Shown: positions 1 to 12,325, counted from the first letter of the whole stretch. The stretch is 63,974 bases of DNA, filler included, from Vicugna vicugna (GCA_013265495.1; 76 parts of 75 records of this genome joined end to end with filler, not necessarily neighbours in it), one strand, 5' to 3'. Notes: generated by a model not told the origin, from the letters alone. Program-made: numbers and translations.

Positions 1-54
1 AGCGTGTAACAGAGACCCAACAGGAAATGACAAGTTAAAAGCAGCATGCGCAAA

Positions 55-262
55 AACACACACACACACACAGATACACTCACACACACAGACACACACA
101 GGTACACTGACACACACACAGACACAGATACACTCACACACAAACAGACACACACACACACACACAGACACACACAGGCACACTGACACACACACAGACA
201 CAGATACACTCACACACACAGATACACTCACACACACATATACTTACACAGATATGGATATA
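55..262 (+). repeat. Compound (CA)n/(CAGA)/(GATA) microsatellite
   Basis: acacacacagatacactcacacacacagacacac... visible directly. Confidence 0.95.
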
Positions 263-404
263 GATAGAAAGAGTGGAAAGATACTTGGGCAGAAAAGGTG
301 TCACATGGAAAGTGATGTATGGGCTAAGCTTTGGGGTTGAAGGGGAGTTAACAAGTAGGCATTTAGGAAAAGGGAAAATACAAAAAACGTGTTTATTTGA
401 CAAA

Positions 405-860
405 ATTTTATTGAGCACATGGTATGTGCCACAAACTTATCTTTGTACTAAGTCTACAACAGTGTGAGTAAAACAAGTTCATTGGCCACATAAGATGTAC
501 AATCTGGTGGGGAGGAGACAGACAATAACTATAAATATGTTTTACATTGGGGATAGCAGAGAGGCCTCTGTGACAAGATGCCTTTAGGACAAATGATGGG
601 AGTGAGCCTAATGGGAGGTCTGGAGGAAGAGCCTGCCAAGCAGAGGGAACAGCAGGCCAAAAGGTAAACCTATTACTCATTTTCAAGGAGCAGACAGCGA
701 GCAGAGGATAGTCATTATAAATGAGATCAGAATGGCAGCCAGGGGCAAGCTCTTGCAGAGGGTTTTAGATGTTGTGGGAGAACATCAGCTCTACAGTGAG
801 GTACATGGCAGGGGAAAGGCATGCTGTGACATATTTAAATTGATCTCTCTTCCTGTAATT
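405..860 (-). mobile_element. LINE-2 3' end fragment, old
   Basis: tttattgagcacatggtatgtgcc...ggagacagacaataa...gcagagggaacagca resembles the recalled antisense L2 3' consensus. Confidence 0.7.
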
Positions 861-864
861 CTGA

Positions 865-964
865 NNNNNNNNNNNNNNNNNNNNNNNNNNNNNNNNNNNN
901 NNNNNNNNTTAATTAATTAANNNNNNNNNNNNNNNNNNNNNNNNNNNNNNNNNNNNNNNNNNNN
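865..964. other. Artificial scaffold-joining linker N44-TTAATTAATTAA-N44 (first of about 75 copies; last at ~63823-63922)
   Basis: The identical palindromic 12-mer, with stops in all six frames, sits centred in 100-bp N blocks at 909, 1411, 2839, 3165 ... 62807, 63867. Flanking sequence changes family and orientation at each linker. Confidence 0.97.
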
Positions 965-1366
965 ATCGCTCCAGAACAATTTTTCTATGAAAAATGCACG
1001 AATTAGAACCTGGTGTTAGTGAAAGCATGTTAAAATGTGTACACGTGTCTAGATGAAAATATTCCTTAGTCTAGATGAAAATATTCCTTTTATAGAGGAT
1101 GAAAGATTGGTAATCCAGATGACCTAAACTCAGGAATGTATGTTTGTCGAATCCGTCAAATATGTAGCATGCACGAAATACGGAATATCTTGTAGATGGA
1201 ATCTATTCAAATTACATATCTCTAGGGTAGAATTCGCTCTAAGAGGTTTTTTGTGGGATCAAAGTTTGATTCTTGAAACTGGTGAAAGGAAGATTCTACC
1301 AAGTCAAAGTAAATATTTAACAGTGCATATGTAACATGTTTGGTGGTTGAAACATCAGTCATGCGG
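965..1366 (+). repeat. SatA, AT-rich ~247-bp-monomer satellite
   Basis: Diagnostic tgtgtacacgtgtctagatgaaaatattcc shared with the other SatA scaffolds; local 22-bp duplication at 1047-1090. Confidence 0.93.
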
Positions 1367-1466
1367 NNNNNNNNNNNNNNNNNNNNNNNNNNNNNNNNNN
1401 NNNNNNNNNNTTAATTAATTAANNNNNNNNNNNNNNNNNNNNNNNNNNNNNNNNNNNNNNNNNNNN

Positions 1467-2794
1467 AAGTCAGAGTAAATATTTCTAAGTCAATATACGC
1501 CTTATTTGGTGAATGAAAGGTTAGTAATCCACATGCTCACAAGACAGAAACACATGATTGCTGAATCCGTCATGCATGTAGCATGTACGGATCCTGGAAA
1601 GCCATGTTGATGGAATTCAGGTAAATTGCATATCTGTGAGGTGGAAATCGCTCCAGAACTATTTTTCTGTGAAAAAAGCACGAATTTGTATCTGGTGTTA
1701 TGGAAAGCTTGTGAAAAATTGTACACGTGTCTAGATGAAAATATTCCNNNNNNNNNNNNNNNNNNNNNNNNNNNNNNNNNNNNNNNNNNNNNNNNNNNNN
1801 NNNNNNNNNNNNNNNNNNNNNNNNNNNNNNNNNNNNNNNNNNNNNNNNNNNNNNNNNNNNNNNNNNNNNNNNNNNNNNNNNNNNNNNNNNNNNNNNNNNN
1901 NNNNNNNNNNNNNNNNNNNNNNNNNNNNNNNNNNNNNNNNNNNNNNNNNNNNNNNNNNNNNNNNNNNNNNNNNNNNNNNNNNNNNNNNNNNNNNNNNNNN
2001 NNNNNNNNNNNNNNNNNNNNNNNNNNNNNNNNNNNNNNNNNNNNNNNNNNNNNNNNNNNNNNNNNNNNNNNNNNNNNNNNNNNNNNNNNNNNNNGAATGC
2101 CATGGTTATGTAAACAATGTAAATTACATGTGTATTGGTGAGAATTCGCTCAAAGAGTGTCTTCTGGTGCCAAATGTCATATTTTATAACCTGGTGATAT
2201 AAAATCCTATGAAGTCAGAGTAAATATTTCTAAGTCTATATACGCCTTATTTGGTGGATGAAAGGTCAGTAATCCACATGCTCACAAGTGAGAAATGCAT
2301 GACTGCCGAATCCTTCATGCATGTAACATGTACGGAACCCGGAATTCCATGCTGATGGAATTCATGCAAATTACATATCTGTGATGTGGAAATAGCTCCA
2401 GGACTATTCTTCTGAGAATAATGCATGAATACGAAACTGGTGTTAGGGAAAGCTTGTGAAAATGTGTACACGTGTCTAGATGAAAATATTCCTTTTATAG
2501 AGGATGAAAGATTAGTAATCCACATGCTCTCAACTCAGGAATGCATGTTTGTCGAATCCGTCATTTATGCAGCATGTACGGAACACGGAATATCATGTAG
2601 ATGGAATCTAATCAAATTACATATCTCTAGGTTAGAATTCGCTCCAAGAAATTTTTTTCTGGGATCAAAGTGTAATTCTTGAAACTGGTGATAGGAAGAA
2701 ACTACGAAGTCAATATCAATATTTCAAAGTGCAGTGGTAACTTGTTTGATGTTTGAAAGATCAGTCATGCTCATGTTCACAACTCAGAAAAGAT
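1467..2794 (+). repeat. SatA, showing three monomer types in series
   Basis: Homologous anchors gaatgccatgg (~2095), ggaattccatgc (~2341) and ggaatatcatgt (~2588) are ~247 bp apart. Confidence 0.95.
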
Positions 2795-3220
2795 NNNNNN
2801 NNNNNNNNNNNNNNNNNNNNNNNNNNNNNNNNNNNNNNTTAATTAATTAANNNNNNNNNNNNNNNNNNNNNNNNNNNNNNNNNNNNNNNNNNNNTAGATC
2901 AGCCCCTATTCCCAAGGAGTGGGAGGAAGGCTGGCCACTTCCAGCTGGAACAACCTGATTTCAAACTCAGACTGAGTGCCAAATAAGTACTTGCATACAG
3001 TACACAGTCTTACCTACGAAGAACCCACCTTACAATAGTTCTCAGACAAAGCCTGCAGAGTTTCTTACTGCACACATGTAGAAGCTGGGATCCAGGAGAA
3101 TGATTTAGACTCAAACTCCGNNNNNNNNNNNNNNNNNNNNNNNNNNNNNNNNNNNNNNNNNNNNTTAATTAATTAANNNNNNNNNNNNNNNNNNNNNNNN
3201 NNNNNNNNNNNNNNNNNNNN

Positions 3221-3679
3221 TATTAATTGCTCTAAACTAAGACCTTGAGATTTCTTTTCATTTCTCAACATCACTTTAAAATTTTTTTATCAGTGTCCTT
3301 TCGATTTTATTATCTTGGTTTTTTCATAGGTTATTTATTTTTTGATCTGATTTCATATGGATTTTTTTAAATTATGGAATATTTCATTGTTAGTGTAAAG
3401 AGATTTGACAATTTTTGTATATTAATCATGAATCATGCAACTTTGTTAAATGTCTTTATTAGATTTAGTTGTTCGGGTTTGGAGAATCTTAAGGGTTCTC
3501 TATATAGATTATTAAATTATGTCATCCAAAATAAAAAAAGTTTTATTTCATTCAATCCAACTTGAATAAATTTTTTTCTATTCCGATTTCTGTTGCTTGG
3601 ACTTCCCAGACTGTGTTTATTAGAGATGGTGAGCGTGGGCATCCTTTTCGTATTCCTTAATTTGGCTTTCACTTTTTCA
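3221..3679 (-). mobile_element. LINE-1 ORF2 fragment, degraded
   Basis: ggacttcc...agagatggtgagcgtgggcatcctt and tgttagtgtaaagaga match the recalled antisense L1 ORF2 RT region; similar to 24580-24880. Confidence 0.8.
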
Positions 3680-3779
3680 NNNNNNNNNNNNNNNNNNNNN
3701 NNNNNNNNNNNNNNNNNNNNNNNTTAATTAATTAANNNNNNNNNNNNNNNNNNNNNNNNNNNNNNNNNNNNNNNNNNNN

Positions 3780-4070
3780 TTGGTGGCTTCCCCTTAAGCG
3801 GTGAGATGGTCAGTGGGTAAAAGCTTACAGATTGAAAGCATGTTTCGATGGTAAAAAGGAAAGGATGAATGTTGTCTGTGAATGTAGGATGGAGTAAGGC
3901 CAAGGTTTCTGTGTGGATTAACGAGGTAAATGATGGTCCTGCTTTGCTATGATTAGGGAAAGCTACAGAGGGATTTCTGGGGGAAACTAATGAGTTCAGC
4001 TGTGGGTAAATTTAAAGGCTTTTGAATGTGTGGTCTGGGAGCTCAGGTGAGACCCAGTAGTGAGTAGGGG
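3780..4070 (-). mobile_element. LINE-2 fragment, highly diverged
   Basis: atgagttcagctgtgg...tgtgtggtctgggagctcagg motifs typical of antisense L2. Confidence 0.55.
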
Positions 4071-4333
4071 GAGGGGAGAGTTACATTCAAATCATCTTGT
4101 CTTGTGAACATACAAATAAGTCTGAAAGTCAATGACACACTTAACACCTCTAAATTCTGGATTTAATGCCCCCAGTAACATTTTGCTGTATTGACTGCAG
4201 AGGTTCTTAATTTTTTTTAATAAAAATAAATAGNNNNNNNNNNNNNNNNNNNNNNNNNNNNNNNNNNNNNNNNNNNNTTAATTAATTAANNNNNNNNNNN
4301 NNNNNNNNNNNNNNNNNNNNNNNNNNNNNNNNN

Positions 4334-5149
4334 TTGGGGAGGCAGCGTATGTCACTGGGATATCCTGCAAACCCTACTTCCATTCCCTGGAACAGAGACA
4401 TTCGGAAAACCCTCAGGGGAGACTAGCTTAGGCATTCCGTTAGAACCCACGCGCTGCTGACCGTTGGTGGAACCTCCCCACGCTCAGTATTCCGGAAACA
4501 TTGTCAGTGCGTGGGGGAGCTGGAAANNNNNNNNNNNNNNNNNNNNNNNNNNNNNNNNNNNNNNNNNNNNNNNNNNNNNNNNNNNNNNNNNNNNNNNNNN
4601 NNNNNNNNNNNNNNNNNNNNNNNNNNNNNNNNNNNNNNNNNNNNNNNNNNNNNNNNNNNNNNNNNNNNNNNNNNNNNNNNNNNNNNNNNNNNNNNNNNNN
4701 NNNNNNNNNNNNNNNNNNNNNNNNNNNNNNNNNNNNNNNNNNNNNNNNNNNNNNNNNNNNNNNNNNNNNNNNNNNNNNNNNNNNNNNNNNNNNNNNNNNN
4801 NNNNNNNNNNNNNNNNNNNNNNNNNNNNNNNNNNNNNNNNNNNNNNNNNNNNNNNNNNNNNNNNNNNNNNNNNNNNNNNNNNNNNNNNNNNNNNNNNNNN
4901 NNNNNNNNNNNNNNNNNNNNNNNNNNNNNNNNNNNNNNNNNNNNNNNNNNNNNNGTTAGAACCCACGCGCTGCCGACCGTTGGTAGAACTTCCCCACGCT
5001 CAGGATTCCGGGACCATTGTCAGTGTGTGGGGGAGCTCAATAGAAACTCCACGCAGCTCTCTTCATTCACAGGTGTTCCCTGCTCGGGAAAGTCCGGGAA
5101 ATACCTTCCGTGACCTTGGGGAGGCAGTCTCGGTCACTGGGATATCCTG
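4334..5149 (+). repeat. SatB, GC-rich 267-bp satellite
   Basis: cttaggcattccgttagaacccacgcgctg...ggaacctccccacgctcag, shared with nine other scaffolds. Confidence 0.95.
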
Positions 5150-5249
5150 NNNNNNNNNNNNNNNNNNNNNNNNNNNNNNNNNNNNNNNNNNNNTTAATTA
5201 ATTAANNNNNNNNNNNNNNNNNNNNNNNNNNNNNNNNNNNNNNNNNNNN

Positions 5250-5757
5250 CCATAACATGTTACCTATGCCCTTTGAAATATTTACTTTGACTTCATAGCT
5301 TCTTAAAATCACCATATTCAAGAATCACAATTTGATCCCAGACAAACCCTCTTGGAGCGAATACTTCCCTAGAGATACGTAATTTGAATAGATTACATGA
5401 TATTCCGTGTTCGGTACATGCTTCATGCATGACGGTTTCGACAAACATGCATTCCTGAGTTGAGGGCATGTGGATTAATGATCTTTCATCCTCTATAAAA
5501 GGAATAATTTCATCTAGACACGTGTACTCATTTTCACAAGCTTTCCACAACACCAGTTTCGAATTCTTTCATTTTTCACAGAAAATAAAAATACTTCTGT
5601 AGCGATTTACACCTAACAGATATTTAATTTACATGAATTTCATCAACATGGCATTCCGGGTTCCGTACATGCTACATCATGACTGATTCGACAAACATGC
5701 ATTTCTGACTTATGAGCATGTGTATTAGTGAATTTTCATCCACCAGAAAAAGGCATA
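5250..5757 (-). repeat. SatA
   Basis: Reverse complement of the SatA motifs (catctagacacgtgtac). Confidence 0.93.
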
Positions 5758-5857
5758 NNNNNNNNNNNNNNNNNNNNNNNNNNNNNNNNNNNNNNNNNNN
5801 NTTAATTAATTAANNNNNNNNNNNNNNNNNNNNNNNNNNNNNNNNNNNNNNNNNNNN

Positions 5858-6288
5858 GTTAGGGAGAATTCCTCAAAATATTTCCTCAGTCTATTGGAGG
5901 CATTCGATGCTACTTTCCTCCAATCCCAACCCCCAGCTTTCCCTCGCAGTCCGGCGTAGGGAAACACACAGGAAATACAAGCTAAGGGGTTTTATTGGAA
6001 CCCAGGCACTGCTGTCATTTGGAAGATCTTCCCCACTCTCAGGATACCTGAACACATTTTCGTGTGTGTGCNNNNNNNNNNNNNNNNNNNNNNNNNNNNN
6101 NNNNNNNNNNNNNNNNNNNNNNNNNNNNNNNNNNNNNNNNNNNNNNNNNNNNNNNNNNNNNNNNNNNNNNNNNNNNNNNNNNNNNNNNNNNNNNNNNNNN
6201 NNNNNNNNNNNNNNNNNNNNNNNNNNNNNNNNNAGGAATAATGTTAGATCCCAGGTGCTGCTGTCAGTTGGAGGAGTCTCCCCACACT
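5858..6288 (+). repeat. SatD, diverged relative of SatB
   Basis: aagctaagggg...tattggaacccaggcactgctgtca...ccccactctcaggat aligns to the SatB core. Confidence 0.88.
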
Positions 6289-7402
6289 NNNNNNNNNNNN
6301 NNNNNNNNNNNNNNNNNNNNNNNNNNNNNNNNTTAATTAATTAANNNNNNNNNNNNNNNNNNNNNNNNNNNNNNNNNNNNNNNNNNNNGCACACCTGCTC
6401 GTTCCTCGTAAGTGCAGGATAGCATAGCTTCTGTGATGACGGCTTTGTGACCGCCCTGTGTTGACTCTCTGCTCCGAAGGGTTGCCTTGTGGTTTGGAGA
6501 TGGGATTCTCACTTCTGTGAATACCCAATGATTGTGTTATTGGGCCCTGCTGATTTTAATCTATTCATTATAAAGTACATATTGTAGATATATTTTTCAA
6601 CCATGCATGCTATTTTTCTTTTATTATTTATAATTCTACCCTCTCATCTCTTGGTGTGACTTTTCATGGAATCCAGGAAACAGTCCTAAGCTACCTGCCN
6701 NNNNNNNNNNNNNNNNNNNNNNNNNNNNNNNNNNNNNNNNNNNNNNNNNNNNNNNNNNNNNNNNNNNNNNNNNNNNNNNNNNNNNNNNNNNNNNNNNNNN
6801 NNNNNNNNNNNNNNNNNNNNNNNNNNNNNNNNNNNNNNNNNNNNNNNNNNNNNNNNNNNNNNNNNNNNNNNNNNNNNNNNNNNNNNNNNNNNNNNNNNNN
6901 NNNNNNNNNNNNNNNNNNNNNNNNNNNNNNNNNNNNNNNNNNNNNNNNNNNNNNNNNNNNNNNNNNNNNNNNNNNNNNNNNNNNNNNNNNNNNNNNNNNN
7001 NNNNNNNNNNNNNNNNNNNNNNNNNNNNNNNNNNNNNNNNNNNNNNNNNNNNNNNNNNNNNNNNNNNNNNNNNNNNNNNNNNNNNNNNNNNNNNNNNNNN
7101 NNNNNNNNNNNNNNNNNNAAACCAGAGTATCTTTTCTTTTGTGAGAGTTCTACGTATAGTTGGTTACATTCTATACCTGGAAATTTCTCCAAAACTGCTT
7201 CCCACGTGAGTCCCATGGCTCGGGAATGGGGTGGTTCTGCTCATTGACGGGTGTTGACCAGAAACCGAAAATGACAGCCTCAAAGGAGCCTGGGAATTGT
7301 CANNNNNNNNNNNNNNNNNNNNNNNNNNNNNNNNNNNNNNNNNNNNTTAATTAATTAANNNNNNNNNNNNNNNNNNNNNNNNNNNNNNNNNNNNNNNNNN
7401 NN

Positions 7403-8246
7403 AGCTTGGGGAGATTCCACCAACTGTCGGCAGCGCGTGGGTTCTAAACTAAAGCCTAATCTCGTCTCCCCTGTGGGTTTTCCTAATGTCTCTGTGCCAG
7501 GGAATGCTAGGGGGGTTTGCAGGATATCCCAGTGACAGAGGCTGCCTCCCCAAGNNNNNNNNNNNNNNNNNNNNNNNNNNNNNNNNNNNNNNNNNNNNNN
7601 NNNNNNNNNNNNNNNNNNNNNNNNNNNNNNNNNNNNNNNNNNNNNNNNNNNNNNNNNNNNNNNNNNNNNNNNNNNNNNNNNNNNNNNNNNNNNNNNNNNN
7701 NNNNNNNNNNNNNNNNNNNNNNNNNNNNNNNNNNNNNNNNNNNNNNNNNNNNNNNNNNNNNNNNNNNNNNNNNNNNNNNNNNNNNNNNNNNNNNNNNNNN
7801 NNNNNNNNNNNNNNNNNNNNNNNNNNNNNNNNNNNNNNNNNNNNNNNNNNNNNNNNNNNNNNNNNNNNNNNNNNNNNNNNNNNNNNNNNNNNNNNNNNNN
7901 NNNNNNNNNNNNNNNNNNNNNNNNNNNNNNNNNNNNNNNNNNNNNNNNNNNNNNNNNNNNNNNNNNNNNNNNNNNNNNNNNNNNNNNNNNNNNNNNNNNN
8001 NNNNNNNNNNNNNNNNNNNNNNNNNNNNNNNNNNNNGGTTTGCAGGCCAGTAACAGAGGTTAACTCCCCAAGGACAGAGAAATTATTTCTCGGACTTCCC
8101 CGAACAGGGAACACCTGTGACTGAAGAGAGCTGCGTGGAGTTGTCTCTCGAGCTCCCCCACGCACTGACAAATGTTCCCGAATCCTGAGTGTGGGGAGGT
8201 ACCACCAAAGGTCGTCAGCGCCTGGGTTCTAACGGAATGCCTAAGC
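7403..8246 (-). repeat. SatB
   Basis: gggttctaacggaatgcctaagc and ggaacacctgtgactgaagagagctgcg are reverse complements of SatB. Confidence 0.95.
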
Positions 8247-8346
8247 NNNNNNNNNNNNNNNNNNNNNNNNNNNNNNNNNNNNNNNNNNNNTTAATTAATT
8301 AANNNNNNNNNNNNNNNNNNNNNNNNNNNNNNNNNNNNNNNNNNNN

Positions 8347-8582
8347 AGAACATGGAATGCAGAACACAGAATTTAGATAATAGAATACAGAGTACTGAAT
8401 ATTGAATTTAGAATAGAGAATATAGAACACAGAATTTATAATTTGGAAAACAGAATACAAAACCCAGAATTGAGAACATGGAATGCAGAACACAATATTT
8501 AGAATATAGAAAACAGAATTCTGAATATAGAATTTACAATATAGAATGTAGAACACATTGTTTAGAATATGGAAAACAGAAT
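8347..8582 (-). repeat. SatE heptamer satellite
   Basis: GAA every 7 bp; gaacatggaatgcagaacac recurs at 8348 and 8474 (126 bp = 2x63). Confidence 0.92.
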
Positions 8583-8682
8583 NNNNNNNNNNNNNNNNNN
8601 NNNNNNNNNNNNNNNNNNNNNNNNNNTTAATTAATTAANNNNNNNNNNNNNNNNNNNNNNNNNNNNNNNNNNNNNNNNNNNN

Positions 8683-9457
8683 ACAATGGGAACATCTCTC
8701 AACATAATAAAGGCCATTTATAACAATCTATAATACACAGTGGAAAGGCTGAAAGCCTTCTGGTTCAATTCGGGAACAAGAAAAGGATTCCTACTCTCAG
8801 CACTTGTGTTTAATAGTAATAGAAGAAAGGAAAAGGAAAAGAAAAAGAAATAAAAGAAATGCCAAATGGAAAGGAAGAGTCAAAATTCACACCAGTACTG
8901 ATGGCATAACAATCTACATAAAGAGTCCTAAGGGCTCCACACTGACTATTATGAACAATAAATAATTTCATCAAGGGAGCAGGGTACAAGATTAATGTAA
9001 AGAAGTCTCTTGCACTTCTACACGTTAATCATGAGATACCATAAAATGGATGATGAAAGCAATAATATTTAAAACCCCATAAACCCGAATATCTTGGAAT
9101 AAATGTAACCACATATATGAAAGATATAAACACTGAAAATAATAAAACATTGACAAAGAAATGAAAAATGATTCAAAGAAATGGAAAGATGTCTTGTGCT
9201 CTTGGATTGAAAGAGTTAATATTGTCAACATGGCCGTAATANNNNNNNNNNNNNNNNNNNNNNNNNNAGATTTATTGCAATTCCTGTTACGAAGCTGTAG
9301 TATTCTCCACAGAACAAGAAAATAAATAACTCTAAGTTTATATGAAACCATAAAAATTGTCAAAATGACTTTGAGAAAAAACAACAAATCTAGAGGTATA
9401 ACCCTCCCAGAAACCTTACTATACTACAAATCTAAAGTAATAAAAACAACATGGCAT
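8683..9457 (+). mobile_element. LINE-1 ORF2 (RT region) fragment, degraded
   Basis: ctcaacataataaaggccatttat...gggaacaagaaaagga...tcttggattgaaagagttaatattgtcaacatggcc is typical L1 ORF2. Confidence 0.92.
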
Positions 9458-10077
9458 NNNNNNNNNNNNNNNNNNNNNNNNNNNNNNNNNNNNNNNNNNN
9501 NTTAATTAATTAANNNNNNNNNNNNNNNNNNNNNNNNNNNNNNNNNNNNNNNNNNNNTTCCACAAGACTTCCACAGCTTTCTATACTCATATTAGTGTGT
9601 CCTTCATTTTCTCTTCCATTTAGAAGTAACCAGCTTCAGTACAAAGTCACTATTTTTCATTAACAAAATATAATTCCATTCGTTATATCTTCCCTTATAC
9701 ATTTATCTTACTTTCCTAGGATAATGAGATCTTTCCCTTAATAATAGAGACTATTTCAGGATGGCACCAATCATTTATTCATATTTCTAAACAGCTTTAG
9801 TTTCTCTGTAAGAGGAAGTTAAATGTTATGTAATTCATATTTCAATCTTAATTTATCTGAAAATGGCATAGCTATTTAATAAAATCCTATCATTTAACTT
9901 AATTTAGCACAACTCTAGAATTTAAAGATAGTAAACATTCAGAGATTATGTTAAGCATACATTTTAAAAATGTATTTGAAAGAATTTACCCAAAGTTCTC
10001 ATCTCATTTGCATTAAATTTACTTAAAATTTTACCACACCACATTAGTATTGTTTTTTTTTTTTACAAATCTACAAT

Positions 10078-10136
10078 GGATGTAAAAGGATCTTATTTGA
10101 CTTTCAAGGATGTAAAAGGATCTTATTTGACTTTCA
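10078..10136 (+). repeat. 30-bp-period direct tandem duplication in AT-rich unique sequence
   Basis: ggatgtaaaaggatcttatttgactttca at 10078 and 10108. Confidence 0.9.
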
Positions 10137-10473
10137 TTAAACCTAGGTACAGTAAAGGTATTATACTTATTAATGATGAATTTAACGATGTCTATATTAA
10201 TTAGAACATACTTAAACAATACTTAATATCAAATATTATCTTAATATTGAATATTTTCCAGTACACGTGAACCTGAAGGTCAATTTGGTCAGTTTTTATT
10301 TTAAAAATATTTAATTTGTAACCTCTTATTTTTTTACATCAATTAAGCAGAGCTCTTTGACTTTGTTTTTTGTNNNNNNNNNNNNNNNNNNNNNNNNNNN
10401 NNNNNNNNNNNNNNNNNTTAATTAATTAANNNNNNNNNNNNNNNNNNNNNNNNNNNNNNNNNNNNNNNNNNNN

Positions 10474-10968
10474 GCAGCTCTCTTCAGTCAAAGGTGTTCC
10501 CTGTTCGGGGAAGTACGATAAATAGCCTTCTCTTACCTTGGGGAGGCGGCCTCTGTCCCTGGGATATCCTGCTAACCCCCCTAGCATTCCCTGGCACAGA
10601 GACATTAGGAAAATCCTCATGGAGTCGAGCTTAGGGATTCCGTTATAACCCACGCGCTGCTGACCGTTAGTGGAACCTCCCCACGCTCAGGATTCCGGAA
10701 CCATTGTCAGTGCGTGGGGGAGCTCGAGAGACAACTTCACGTAGCTCTCTTCAGTCAACGGTGTTCCCTGTTCGGGGACGTCCGAGAAAAACATTCCCTG
10801 ACCTTGGGGAGGCGGCCTCTGTCACTGGGATATCCTGCAAACCCCCCTAGCATTCCCTGGCACAGAGACATTAGGAAAATACTCAGGGGAGGCGAGCTTT
10901 GGCATTCCGTTAGAACCTACACTGTGCTGACCGTTGGTGGAACCTCCCCACGCTCAGGATTCCGGAAA
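10474..10968 (+). repeat. SatB
   Basis: g[c/t]agctctcttcagtca at 10474 and 10741 gives a 267-bp period. Confidence 0.96.
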
Positions 10969-11068
10969 NNNNNNNNNNNNNNNNNNNNNNNNNNNNNNNN
11001 NNNNNNNNNNNNTTAATTAATTAANNNNNNNNNNNNNNNNNNNNNNNNNNNNNNNNNNNNNNNNNNNN

Positions 11069-11546
11069 TCTCCAGCAAGGCTATCCTTTAGAGTAGAAGG
11101 AGAGATAAAGAATATCACAGAGAAGCATAAACTAAAAGACTTTAGCAACACTAAACCCATGCTAAAAGAAATATTGAAAGGTCTATTCTAAATAGAAAAG
11201 AAGCATGATGCTACAAAAATGAGAACTAATAACTGGAAAGCTGATATCTACCATGAATTACAAATAGAATAAACATGAAATTGTAAAAGAAGACATCTAA
11301 ATCATTGAGTGGGAGAGGGAATCAAGAAAATATAGAGTATTATTTTCTTTCTTCTTTTTTTAAAATTTTTTGTTCTCGGTAGGATGGGTTTGAGATTACA
11401 TTTCTATCTGTTTAGTACATACAGTTAGAGTAATTGGTTAACAGACTTACAAAAAAGTGTAACTACAAGCCAGAAACTTAAGAAACTTACAAGTGAGTCA
11501 TAAAAACTAAATACAATCCAAGATAATCAAAGGAAAATTACCATAC
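11069..11546 (+). mobile_element. LINE-1 ORF1 3' end and inter-ORF region
   Basis: Translates PARLSFRVEGEIKNITEKHKLKDFSNTKPMLKEILKGLF* (stop ~11191), matching the L1 ORF1p C-terminus. Confidence 0.92.
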
Positions 11547-11658
11547 NNNNNNNNNNNNNNNNNNNNNNNNNNNNNNNNNNNNNNNNNNNNTTAATTAATT
11601 AANNNNNNNNNNNNNNNNNNNNNNNNNNNNNNNNNNNNNNNNNNNNAAAACCATCTCA

Positions 11659-11937
<279 letters not shown>

Positions 11938-11985
11938 TCACATTCAGTGCACACAAAATCTGCCGTATGTAGGAAATGGCACATC

Positions 11986-12225
11986 AGATAGATATGTAGG
12001 TAGATAGAGAGATAGAGGGATTGATAGATAGATAGATAGATATATTGATAGATAGATAGAAAGATAGTGAGTTAGATAGATAGATCGATCGATCGATGAT
12101 AGGTACAGAGAGAGACAGATAGATTGAGAGATAGGTAGGTATTGATTTTCATAGGTTGATAGATCAATAGATAGATTATTAATAGAGGGTTAGATAGATT
12201 ATCTATACACATATATATTTATATA
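11986..12225 (+). repeat. Degenerate (GATA)n microsatellite
   Basis: gatagatagataga arrays. Confidence 0.92.
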
Positions 12226-12325
12226 NNNNNNNNNNNNNNNNNNNNNNNNNNNNNNNNNNNNNNNNNNNNTTAATTAATTAANNNNNNNNNNNNNNNNNNN
12301 NNNNNNNNNNNNNNNNNNNNNNNNN

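Noticed and set aside
134..418. ORF with CVCVC repeats
   Set aside because: Translation of a CA/TG microsatellite.
909..920. TTAATTAATTAA recurring with unique sequence between copies, superficially like a CRISPR array or piggyBac TTAA sites
   Set aside because: Always centred in exactly 44+44 N; it is an assembly linker. No cas or transposase genes are present and the DNA is mammalian.
1570..2202. Long ORFs dominated by X (also 14441-15544, 31922-32956, 48093-49301 and others)
   Set aside because: They are open only because N-runs contain no stop codons.
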